Assembly: GCA_013177855.1 (NCBI GenBank)
Contig: JABLYA010000001.1
Span: forward strand, 1,527,573 to 1,591,572
Direction: 5' to 3'
DNA from: Ignavibacteria bacterium
GTDB taxonomy: Bacteria > Bacteroidota > Ignavibacteria > Ch128b
DNA length: 64,000 nt
The stretch's first letter is position 1. The number at the start of each line of letters is the position of its first letter. Of the stretch, positions 31,010-39,581 are shown in pieces. The notes under the pieces were generated by a model that had not been told where the DNA came from, did no database searches, and worked only from the letters and a program-made list of their open reading frames with translations. Both the position numbers and the translations under genes were made by a program.

Positions 31010-31783
31010 ATGCCTGAAATTCATCCTACCTCAATTGTATCAAGCGAAGCACAGATCGCAGATGATGTTGTAATTGGTCCCTTCTGTATTGTTGAAGGAG
31101 ATGTAAAAATTGACAGCGGAACAAAATTATTAAGTCATGTTGTCGTTTATAATGGTGCAAGAATCGGAAAGAACAATAAAATTTTTCCGGGCGCTGTAAT
31201 TGCTGCTGTCCCCCAAGATTTAAAATTTAATAATGAATATACAGAAGTCTTTATCGGTGATAATAATACAATTAGAGAAGCCGTTACGATAAGTCGGGCA
31301 ACTTCGGCAACAAAAAAAACAATTGTTGGAAATAATTGCCTTTTGATGGCTTATGTTCACATTGCTCATGATTGTGTGGTTGGTAATAATTGTATTCTTG
31401 CTAATTCGGTTGAGCTTGCTGGTCATGTGCATGTTGAAGATTATGTTATCATTGGCGGTCTGACGGGTGTTCATCAATTTACAAGTATCGGGCAGCATGC
31501 GATGATTGGTGCTTGTTCAAAAATTGTGAAAGACATTCCTCCTTACACTTTATTCAGCGGCAATCCGATACATTACGAAGGATTAAACATCATTGGATTG
31601 AAGCGGCGTGGATTTTCAGTTGATGCAATCACCTCACTCAAGGAAGCTTATAATATTCTTTACAGTCCATTCTTTAATACTACTCAAGCTGTTGAAAAAA
31701 TCAGGAATGAAATTAAACAGACAAGCGAAGTAAAAAATCTTTTGGACTTTATTGAAAAAAGTCGTCGCGGAATTAGTAAATGA
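31010..31783 (+). CDS. lpxA: Acyl-ACP--UDP-GlcNAc O-acyltransferase
   Basis: N-terminal IHPTSIV...A.I, hexapeptide repeats, about 257 aa, position after lpxC/fabZ. Confidence 0.85.
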   Translation: MPEIHPTSIVSSEAQIADDVVIGPFCIVEGDVKIDSGTKLLSHVVVYNGARIGKNNKIFPGAVIAAVPQDLKFNNEYTEVFIGDNNTIREAVTISRATSATKKTIVGNNCLLMAYVHIAHDCVVGNNCILANSVELAGHVHVEDYVIIGGLTGVHQFTSIGQHAMIGACSKIVKDIPPYTLFSGNPIHYEGLNIIGLKRRGFSVDAITSLKEAYNILYSPFFNTTQAVEKIRNEIKQTSEVKNLLDFIEKSRRGISK

Positions 31784-32526
31784 AAGAATGGTACTATATA
31801 GATACGGGGAAAAACACCGGCACCTTTAATATGGATTTTGATTTAAAGCTTGTTGAAAAAGTTAGGGAAGAAAGAATTCCATTTTTACGTTTCTATCAAT
31901 GGCAGCCTTTTTCTATTTCTTTGGGCTACCATCAAAAAATCGAATCGATTAATTCAAAATTATGCGAAAAAGATTCCATTGATATTGTTAGAAGACCAAC
32001 CGGCGGCAGAGCAATTTTGCATTCCGATGAATTAACCTACTCCGTTACAATACCCCTTGATTTGTTTTCTCCGCACGAAGTTTATTATAAAATTAATTAT
32101 GCATTGCTTGAGGGATTACATCTCTATGATGAAAAATTGAAGTCGGTTGAACTCGAAAAATCACAGATTGATTTCAAGAATTTTTACAAATCATCTCGTT
32201 CTATTCCTTGCTTTTCAAGTTCAGCAAGAAATGAAATTAAATTTCAAAACAAAAAGCTTGTAGGTTCAGCACAAAGAGTTATTAATGATATAACTCTTCA
32301 GCATGGTTCAATTTTAATTGGAGATTATCACAAAAGAATAGTTGATTACCTTAACTTAAATGATGAAGAAAGAAAAATTTTAAGAAGCGATCTTGATGAA
32401 AAAACAATTTCATTAAAAGAAATTCTCAACTCTGAAATTGATCTGGAAAAATTAAAATATTGCTTAAAAAAAGGTTTTGAAAAAGTTTTTGAAGTAAATT
32501 TTATCGAGAGTGAGGTGATGGTATGA
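31780..32526 (+). CDS. Biotin/lipoate A/B protein ligase family protein (lipoate-protein ligase / octanoyltransferase-like)
   Basis: BPL/LPL catalytic-domain-like motifs ([19 protein letters not shown]; KLVGSAQR); 248 aa. Confidence 0.55.
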   Translation: MKEWYYIDTGKNTGTFNMDFDLKLVEKVREERIPFLRFYQWQPFSISLGYHQKIESINSKLCEKDSIDIVRRPTGGRAILHSDELTYSVTIPLDLFSPHEVYYKINYALLEGLHLYDEKLKSVELEKSQIDFKNFYKSSRSIPCFSSSARNEIKFQNKKLVGSAQRVINDITLQHGSILIGDYHKRIVDYLNLNDEERKILRSDLDEKTISLKEILNSEIDLEKLKYCLKKGFEKVFEVNFIESEVMV

Positions 32527-33338
32527 GCTCGACATCAGAAATTAAGAAAGTTACCACGAGAAGAATTCAGGAGATGAAAGATAACGGCGAAAAAATAACT
32601 GCACTTACAGCATATGATTTTTTAATTGCTCGCCTCTGTGATCGTGCTGGGATTGATATTATTCTTGTGGGCGATTCGCTTGGAAATGTTTTTCAAGGAC
32701 ATTTGACAACATTGCCAGTCACTCTCGACGATATGATTTATCATACAAAAGCTGTCCAACGTGGTGTCAAAAGAGCAATGATTGTTGTTGATATGCCCTT
32801 TATGTCTTACCAGACAAACATCGAAGAAGCATTTAGAAATGCTGGAAGAATTATGAAAGAAACTGATGCAGGTGCAGTGAAAATTGAAGGTGGTGAAATT
32901 TTTGCGGAAACAGTTGCAAAGCTTACTGCAAATGGAATTCCAGTAATGGGGCACATTGGATTAACACCACAATCGATTCATCGTTTCGGTGGTTATCAGC
33001 CAAGAGGAAGAGAAAAAGAAGAAGCTCAGCAATTAATTCGTGATGCTAAAGCGCTTGAAGAGGCAGGTGCTTTTGCTATTGTAATTGAAAAAGTACCAGC
33101 AAAACTTGCAAAGAGAATTACTCAATCCGTTAAAATTCCAACAATCGGAATCGGCGCAGGAAAATTTGTTGATGGACAGATACTCGTTGTGTATGATATG
33201 CTTGGTTTGACAGAAGAATTTAATCCTCGATTTGTTAGAAAGTATGCTCATCTCTCTGAAACTATCTTCGATGCATTTAAACATTATATCGAAGATGTTC
33301 GAAGCGGCAATTTCCCAAACGAGAAAGAAAGTTATTAA
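32523..33338 (+). CDS. panB: 3-methyl-2-oxobutanoate hydroxymethyltransferase
   Basis: Typical PanB N-terminus ([37 protein letters not shown]) and K(I)EGG motif. Confidence 0.9.
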   Translation: MSSTSEIKKVTTRRIQEMKDNGEKITALTAYDFLIARLCDRAGIDIILVGDSLGNVFQGHLTTLPVTLDDMIYHTKAVQRGVKRAMIVVDMPFMSYQTNIEEAFRNAGRIMKETDAGAVKIEGGEIFAETVAKLTANGIPVMGHIGLTPQSIHRFGGYQPRGREKEEAQQLIRDAKALEEAGAFAIVIEKVPAKLAKRITQSVKIPTIGIGAGKFVDGQILVVYDMLGLTEEFNPRFVRKYAHLSETIFDAFKHYIEDVRSGNFPNEKESY

Positions 33339-33653
33339 TAATCACTTCTCCGAGTTTTAATCATTAATCATTTCATAAAAATATTTTTAAACACATCAAA
33401 CAAAATCTTATCTCTCGCATTAAGAATTTTTTTGAGTATGAAAAAGAATTAATAAAAACTTGAATAATGTTTTCTTCTTATTTCAAAAAATCATTCACAT
33501 CATTTTCAACAAGAAAAATTTTTTTATCAACTCACACATCACTCATCAAAAAAAATTTTTAAAATCATTCAAAAACTATTGACAAAAAATTTATAAATCA
33601 TATATTAGCAAGTGAATTAAGTGAATATGTTGAACAAATTGAGAGAGTGATTT

Positions 33654-34736
33654 ATTAGTACTTATACTTCTTCTGGAAAAAAATTAAATGTTGTTCTCAC
33701 CTATAACATTAAGCAGGAAGGTTTTGACACTCCATCGGCTAAGTATCCTTTTCTCAAAAAATTCAATTACAATTCTGAGATCAATCAAGATACTTTTGCA
33801 GAATGGGACACTGAAGAAACAATTAATGCCGTCAGAGATGCACTCGCATTATATCACAATGTAACTTTAGTTGAAGCTGATAATGATGCATTCGAAACAT
33901 TCCGTGAGTTAAATCCCGATATCGTGTTCAATATTGCAGAAGGTTTTAATGGAATTAGTCGTGAAGCCCAGATTCCTGCCATGCTTGAATTCTTAAATAT
34001 TCCATACACTGGTTCAGATCCTGTCACACTTGGAATTTGTTTAGATAAATCTCGAACAAAAGAAATACTTTCGTTTTATAAGATTCCAACCCCTCAATTT
34101 GTTTTGATCGATAAAGATGATGATTATAGTTCAATTGATTTTCCTTTGCCTGCTATCGTAAAACCGGTTGCAGAAGGTTCGAGCAAAGGAATATATAATT
34201 CATCGGTTGTGAGAACAAAAGAAGAATTATTAAGAGAAATTCAAAAAATACATCAGATTTATAATCAATCTGCACTGGTCGAAAAATTTCTGGAAGGAAG
34301 AGAATTTACCGTTGCAATTCTTGGAAATGGAAAAGATGCAAAAGTTTTGCCAATTATTGAGATGAAATTTGAAGAATTGCCGGAAGGAGTTTTGCCAATT
34401 TATTCTTATGAAGCGAAATGGATTTTCGATACAAGAGAAGATCCTCTTGATATTTATGAATGTCCAGCCAATATAGATGAAAGATTAAGAACTCAGATTG
34501 AAAAAATTGCGCTTGCAACATATCGAGTTTTGCGATGCCGAGATTGGTCAAGAATTGATATCAGACTTGATGAAAATGATGTTCCAAATGTACTTGAGAT
34601 AAATCCTTTACCGGGAATTTTGCCCGATCCAAAAGATAATTCCTGTTATCCAAAAGCTGCAAGAGCAGCTGGAATGACTTACGAGGAAATGATAAATGCA
34701 GTTTTGAATGAAGCAAGAAAAAGATATGGAATATGA
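33654..34736 (+). CDS. ATP-grasp ligase, D-Ala-D-Ala ligase-like (first of tandem pair); start codon unresolved
   Basis: Frame is open from 33651 (after TGA 33648-33650) and homologous to the N-terminus of the downstream paralog already from about 33678 (KKLNVVLTYN vs KILLVYNQ), but there is no ATG/GTG/TTG in frame before GTG 33924. ATP-grasp motifs (IVKPV.EGSSKGI, E.FLEGREFTVAILG). Confidence 0.55.
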   Translation: MSTYTSSGKKLNVVLTYNIKQEGFDTPSAKYPFLKKFNYNSEINQDTFAEWDTEETINAVRDALALYHNVTLVEADNDAFETFRELNPDIVFNIAEGFNGISREAQIPAMLEFLNIPYTGSDPVTLGICLDKSRTKEILSFYKIPTPQFVLIDKDDDYSSIDFPLPAIVKPVAEGSSKGIYNSSVVRTKEELLREIQKIHQIYNQSALVEKFLEGREFTVAILGNGKDAKVLPIIEMKFEELPEGVLPIYSYEAKWIFDTREDPLDIYECPANIDERLRTQIEKIALATYRVLRCRDWSRIDIRLDENDVPNVLEINPLPGILPDPKDNSCYPKAARAAGMTYEEMINAVLNEARKRYGI

Positions 34737-35782
34737 AAGAAGATATTAAAATACTTTTAGTATATAACCAACCAGTTGGTGGAATATTCGAAAGTTATGA
34801 TGGCAGGAGGATAAAATCTGAATCTTCTAACTCAATAGATTTATCTGAAGTTGGTGTTTTAGAAGAGTATGAAGAAATTAAAGAAGCATTAACTGAAAGA
34901 GGATATAAAACAGAATCTTTTAATCTTCTTGATAACATTAGTGAATTATGTTCAAAAGTTGGAGCGGGGAATTATGATGTTGTCTTCAATTTAGTTGAGA
35001 GTGTTGGCGGTGAATCAATTAAAGAGATGTATGTTGCTGGAATTTATGAACTTTATAATATCCCTTACACTGGATGCAGCGCTGTTACTCTTGGTCTTTG
35101 TTTGAATAAACATCGTGCAAAATTGCTAATGAAGGGAGCTGGATTTAATGTCCCGGACTGGAAACTTTATGCGAATCCATCAAAAATAATTTTTGATTCA
35201 AAACCTGAATTTCCAATGATTGTGAAACCATCACAGGAAGATGCAAGTGTTGGAATAAGTGAGCAATCGGTTGTATATAATGAAAATGAATTAAAAGAGC
35301 AGCTTGAATTTATTTATAATACTTTAAAGCAGCCAGTTTTGGTTGAAGAATATATTGAAGGAAGAGAAATTAATTCAGCTATTCTTGGTGATAAAGAAAA
35401 AGTCGCTCTTCCACTTTCTGAAATTAGCTTTGATACTTTGCCAGATGATCTACCAAAGATTGTAACTTATGACGGCAAGTGGATTAAAGATAGTCTTTAC
35501 TGTCAAAATACAATCCCTGTGTGCCCTGCACCGCTTGATGATGAACTTGCAGAACATATAAAGAGAATTGCTCTAGATGTTTCAAATCTTTTCGGTTGCC
35601 GAGATTACTGCCGGGTTGATTTTCGAATTGATAAAAATAATAAACCTTACATTCTTGAAGTAAATCCAAATCCAGATATCTCAAAAGATGCTGGTTTTGC
35701 CAGAGCAGCGAAAGCGTACGGATTAGATTATGATGAACTTTTAATTCGCATAATTGAATTTGCTTTAGAAAGAAGAAAATGA
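34733..35782 (+). CDS. ATP-grasp ligase, D-Ala-D-Ala ligase-like (second of tandem pair)
   Basis: Paralog of the preceding ORF (NIPYTGCSAVTLGLCLNKHRAKLLM vs NIPYTGSDPVTLGICLDKSRTKEIL; MIVKPSQEDASVGI; EEYIEGREINSAILG); 4-bp overlap with upstream gene. Confidence 0.7.
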   Translation: MKEDIKILLVYNQPVGGIFESYDGRRIKSESSNSIDLSEVGVLEEYEEIKEALTERGYKTESFNLLDNISELCSKVGAGNYDVVFNLVESVGGESIKEMYVAGIYELYNIPYTGCSAVTLGLCLNKHRAKLLMKGAGFNVPDWKLYANPSKIIFDSKPEFPMIVKPSQEDASVGISEQSVVYNENELKEQLEFIYNTLKQPVLVEEYIEGREINSAILGDKEKVALPLSEISFDTLPDDLPKIVTYDGKWIKDSLYCQNTIPVCPAPLDDELAEHIKRIALDVSNLFGCRDYCRVDFRIDKNNKPYILEVNPNPDISKDAGFARAAKAYGLDYDELLIRIIEFALERRK

Positions 35783-36264
35783 AAATTCGAGAAATGAAAA
35801 AAGAAGACAGAGAAAAATTAAAAGATATTTTATTTAGAACAGAAAATTTTTCACTCGAAGAGAAAGAAGTAGGATTAGAATTAATTGATATTGCCTTGAA
35901 TAATCCAGAACAAAAAGATTATTTCTTCAAAGTTGCCGAAGAAAATGGAAAAGTTTTAGGATATTACTGCATAGGTCATCGTGCATTAACTGATGGAGTT
36001 TATGATTTGTATTGGATTGTTGTTGATCCTGGAACACGCGGTTCAGGAGTTGGATCACAATTGATAAAAGATGCTGAAGAATTTGTTGCATCAAAAAATG
36101 GAAGATTAATTTTAGCAGAAACATCATCGCGTGATGACTATCAAACTACAAGAAATTTTTATAAGAAAAACAATTACAATGAACTTGCTATCATCAAAGA
36201 CTTTTACAAACAGGGTGATAGCTTAATAATCTTCGGCAAATACTTACAAAATCAAGGGGATTAA
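35779..36264 (+). CDS. GNAT family N-acetyltransferase (candidate beta-lysine acetyltransferase)
   Basis: GNAT acetyl-CoA-binding motif IVVDPGTRGSGVGSQL; 161 aa; translationally coupled between ATP-grasp ligase and lysine 2,3-aminomutase. Confidence 0.65.
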   Translation: MKIREMKKEDREKLKDILFRTENFSLEEKEVGLELIDIALNNPEQKDYFFKVAEENGKVLGYYCIGHRALTDGVYDLYWIVVDPGTRGSGVGSQLIKDAEEFVASKNGRLILAETSSRDDYQTTRNFYKKNNYNELAIIKDFYKQGDSLIIFGKYLQNQGD

Positions 36265-36266
36265 CT

Positions 36267-37406
36267 ATGGAACTCTGGCAAAAAATGATCAGAGACAGCA
36301 TTCATTCAGTCGATCAACTCGTCGAGAAATTTAAACTCGATAGACGAGTGGCTGAAAGACTGGATAAATTCTTCCAGGCTCGCATCAATCCATATTATCT
36401 TAGTTTGATCCGTTATCCTGGCGATCCAATATGGTTGCAATGCGTTCCAGATGAAACAGAACTAAATGATATTGACGCTCCTGAAGATCCTTTGGGTGAA
36501 GATTCAATGAGTCCTGTTCCAAATATAACTCACAGATATCCTGATCGTGTTCTCTTTCTTACAACGAGCCAGTGTGGAATGTACTGTCGATTCTGTACAA
36601 GGAAGAGAAAGGTTGGTGATTCATCCAAAATTTCAATGCGAGGTCTTGAGGCAGCATTCAAATACATTGAAGAGCATAAAGAAATTCGAGATGTTATTCT
36701 TTCTGGTGGCGATCCATTGATGTTAACTGATGCAATGCTTGAAAAAATTCTTCAAAGATTAAGACAAATTCCTCATGTTGAAATAATTCGTCTCGGTACT
36801 CGAATGCCAGTAGTTCTTCCACATCGAATTACCCCGAAACTTGTAAGGATGCTGAAGAAATATCATCCAATTTATGTGAATACTCATTTTAATCATCCCT
36901 GGGAAATTACTCCTGAAAGCAAACGAGCCTGCGAACTTTTAGCCGATGCTGGAATTCCGATTGGTAATCAAACCGTACTTATGAAAGGCGTAAATGATGA
37001 TCCAGAAGTTATTAAAGAACTTTTCAGAAAATTACTTTTAATGAGAGTTAGACCTTATTACTTGTATCAAGCTGATTTGACAAAAGGTGCAAATCATTTC
37101 AGAACACCTGTGAAAGTCGGTCTCGAAATTATGGATAAATTGCGTGGACATACATCGGGACTTGCAGTTCCATATTATGTTATTGATGCACCTGGCGGTG
37201 GTGGAAAAATTCCATTGCTTCCTCAATACGTTTTGTATCAGGATGATGAAAAATTAATTCTTAGAAATTACAAATATGAAACTTTCGTTTATCCAGATGT
37301 TAAGCCTGAAGAATACAGATCCGGTATCCCTGTTCAAACAGAAACTTACGAAAGCAATTCAACTATTTCGTTACCTGTAATTCAATACCAGAACGAAAAC
37401 GAATGA
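36267..37406 (+). CDS. kamA: Lysine 2,3-aminomutase (radical SAM, KamA family)
   Basis: HRYPDRVLFLTTSQCGMYCRFCTRKRKVG (CxxxCxxC radical SAM cluster in KamA context); SGGDPLML motif; 379 aa. Confidence 0.85.
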   Translation: MELWQKMIRDSIHSVDQLVEKFKLDRRVAERLDKFFQARINPYYLSLIRYPGDPIWLQCVPDETELNDIDAPEDPLGEDSMSPVPNITHRYPDRVLFLTTSQCGMYCRFCTRKRKVGDSSKISMRGLEAAFKYIEEHKEIRDVILSGGDPLMLTDAMLEKILQRLRQIPHVEIIRLGTRMPVVLPHRITPKLVRMLKKYHPIYVNTHFNHPWEITPESKRACELLADAGIPIGNQTVLMKGVNDDPEVIKELFRKLLLMRVRPYYLYQADLTKGANHFRTPVKVGLEIMDKLRGHTSGLAVPYYVIDAPGGGGKIPLLPQYVLYQDDEKLILRNYKYETFVYPDVKPEEYRSGIPVQTETYESNSTISLPVIQYQNENE

Positions 37407-37428
37407 TTTAAAATTTTAGTTAATCGAA

Positions 37429-37466
37429 AAGGTTTAGCGGATAAACTCTGCTAAACCTTTTTTAAT
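37429..37466 (+). terminator. Rho-independent terminator after kamA
   Basis: aaggtttagc...gctaaacctt 10-bp stem followed directly by a T-run (tttttaatttt). Confidence 0.65.
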
Positions 37467-37563
37467 TTTAAAAACATATCTCGCTTAAAACGGAAGTTCT
37501 GAATTTTCAATTTGTCTAATTTTATTTCTTAAATTCTTTTGCTTTTTATATTTTTTAATTGCT

Positions 37564-38982
37564 ATGAAAAATCTATTTGAAAACTTCGGCCTTTATCTTG
37601 ATTATTATGAGCTTACAATGGCTCAGGGTTATTTTTTGAGCAATCGACGCAATTTAAAAGCAACCTTCGATTACTTTTTCCGCAAAAATCCTTTTGGTTC
37701 TGGTTATACAGTTTTTGCAGGAGTTTCCGATTTACTTGAGTTATTAAAAATTTTTCGTTTTGGAAGTGAAGCAATTGATTTTTTGAAATCGAAAGGCTTT
37801 AAAGATGAATTTCTCGACTACTTGAAAGAATTTCGTTTTGCTGGAAGTATTTATTCTGCTAGAGAAGGTGAAATTGTTTTTCCTTACGAGCCTTTAATTA
37901 GAGTCGAGGGAAATATTATTGAAACTCAGATTATTGAGTCACTTCTTCTTAATCTAATTAATTTTGAATCATTGATTGCAACAAAAGCAAAAAGAATTCG
38001 ATTTGCGGCAAAAGATAAAATTATATCTGACTTTGGATTAAGAAGAGGTCAGGGACTGGCATCTTTATTTGCAAGTCGAGCTGCGGTAATTGGTGGAGTG
38101 AACAGTACTTCTAATGTTTTAGCAGCATTTAATTATGATTTAATTCCAGCTGGTACTCAAGCTCACTCCTGGATTCAAAGTTTCGAAAATGAACTCGAGG
38201 CTTTTAGAAAGTTTGCCGAGTTTTATCCTGATAATTGTATTCTTCTTGTTGATACATTCGACACACTGCGGAGTGGAATTCCAAATGCGATTAAAGTTGC
38301 AAAGGAGCTTGAGCAAAAGGGTAAAAGATTGAAAGCAATTCGATTAGATAGTGGTGACCTTGCTTACTTCTCAAAGAAAGCAAGAAAAATGTTAGACGAG
38401 GCTGGATTGAATTATGTGAAAATTGTCGCTTCTAATCAGCTCGATGAATATCTAATTAAAAGTCTTGACGAACAAAATGCACCAATTGATTTCTTTGGTG
38501 TTGGGACAAATCTAATTACCGGTCAGAAAGATGCAGCGTTGGATGGTGTTTATAAAATCTGTCAGATTGAAGATAATCCAACAATTAAATTATCTGAAGA
38601 TATTAGCAAAGTAACTTTACCGGGACCAAAAAAGATTTACCGTTATTTTAATGGTGAAGGAAAATTCTATGCTGATTGTATCGCGTTGATTGATGAAGAT
38701 GAAATTGACTTAATGATTCATCCGTTCGATATTTATAAAAAATGTAATTTGAAAGAATTGAAAAGAGAAGAAATTCTGGAACAGGTTGTAAAAAATGGTG
38801 ATGTAATTGTTCCCGAAAAATCTGTAAATGAGATTGCATCTTATTCTGAATTTCGTTTCTCGCAACTGCCTGATGAACATAAGAGATTTGAGTATCCCCA
38901 TATCTATAAAGTTGGAATAACTCCGAAACTTTTAGAGCTTCGAGATAATTTAATCAGAAAAAATAAGGAGGGTAAATTATGA
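37564..38982 (+). CDS. pncB: Nicotinate phosphoribosyltransferase
   Basis: About 470 aa NAPRTase-type protein (N-terminal LDYYELTMAQGYF); immediately followed by and overlapping pncA. Confidence 0.75.
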   Translation: MKNLFENFGLYLDYYELTMAQGYFLSNRRNLKATFDYFFRKNPFGSGYTVFAGVSDLLELLKIFRFGSEAIDFLKSKGFKDEFLDYLKEFRFAGSIYSAREGEIVFPYEPLIRVEGNIIETQIIESLLLNLINFESLIATKAKRIRFAAKDKIISDFGLRRGQGLASLFASRAAVIGGVNSTSNVLAAFNYDLIPAGTQAHSWIQSFENELEAFRKFAEFYPDNCILLVDTFDTLRSGIPNAIKVAKELEQKGKRLKAIRLDSGDLAYFSKKARKMLDEAGLNYVKIVASNQLDEYLIKSLDEQNAPIDFFGVGTNLITGQKDAALDGVYKICQIEDNPTIKLSEDISKVTLPGPKKIYRYFNGEGKFYADCIALIDEDEIDLMIHPFDIYKKCNLKELKREEILEQVVKNGDVIVPEKSVNEIASYSEFRFSQLPDEHKRFEYPHIYKVGITPKLLELRDNLIRKNKEGKL

Positions 38983-39521
38983 AAGCGTTATTTATTGTTG
39001 ACCTTCAAAATGATTTTTGCCCGTGGGGAGCTTTACCAACTCCAAAAGGCGATGTAATTATTCCTGTATTGAACAAAATAATGGATAAATTCGATCTTGT
39101 TCTGGCTTCCAAGGATTGGCATCCGGAAGATTCAATTCATTTTCAAAAATGGCCTAAACATTGTGTTCAGAACACGAAAGGTGCAGATTTCCCCGATGGA
39201 TTAAATACTGAAAAAATTAAGAAAGTATTTCTAAAAGGAACTGGCAATAAAGATGATGGTTACTCTGCCTTCGAAGCGACAAACGAAAATCTTGCTGAAT
39301 TTCTGAGAAAGAATAATGTCGATGAGTTATATGTAACTGGTTTAACAGCTGAGTATTGTGTTAAACAGACGGTACTGGATTCATTGAAAAATGGATTTAA
39401 GACTTTTGTTATTAAGGATGGTGTTGAAGGAATCTATCAGAACGAGGGCGATGTTGAAAATGCTTTCAAAGAAATGGAACAAGCTGGAGCAATTCTCATT
39501 ACTTCTAACGATTTGAAATAG
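38979..39521 (+). CDS. pncA: Nicotinamidase/pyrazinamidase (isochorismatase family)
   Basis: LFIVDLQNDFCPWGALP N-terminal motif, catalytic Cys region (LYVTGLTAEYCV). Confidence 0.8.
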   Translation: MKALFIVDLQNDFCPWGALPTPKGDVIIPVLNKIMDKFDLVLASKDWHPEDSIHFQKWPKHCVQNTKGADFPDGLNTEKIKKVFLKGTGNKDDGYSAFEATNENLAEFLRKNNVDELYVTGLTAEYCVKQTVLDSLKNGFKTFVIKDGVEGIYQNEGDVENAFKEMEQAGAILITSNDLK

Positions 39522-39581
39522 ATTAATCACACTCCGACTACTTTATAAAAATCTTTTAATTAAACTGATTTTATTTTTTTT

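Noticed and set aside
33627-33650. TGA recoding (selenocysteine or alternative genetic code) to explain the in-frame stop ahead of the ATP-grasp gene
   Set aside because: TGA clearly acts as a stop for other genes in the window (e.g. the gene ending at 6420), and no SECIS-like context was identified; an atypical start or a sequence error is more parsimonious.
33339-33650. Possible lysine riboswitch upstream of the beta-lysine cluster, and a sigma70-like TTGACA-17-TATATT promoter at about 33579-33607
   Set aside because: The region is very A/T-rich and lacks the G/C-rich conserved helices expected of an L-box. The promoter-like hexamers may be chance matches, and promoter consensus in this lineage may differ from sigma70.
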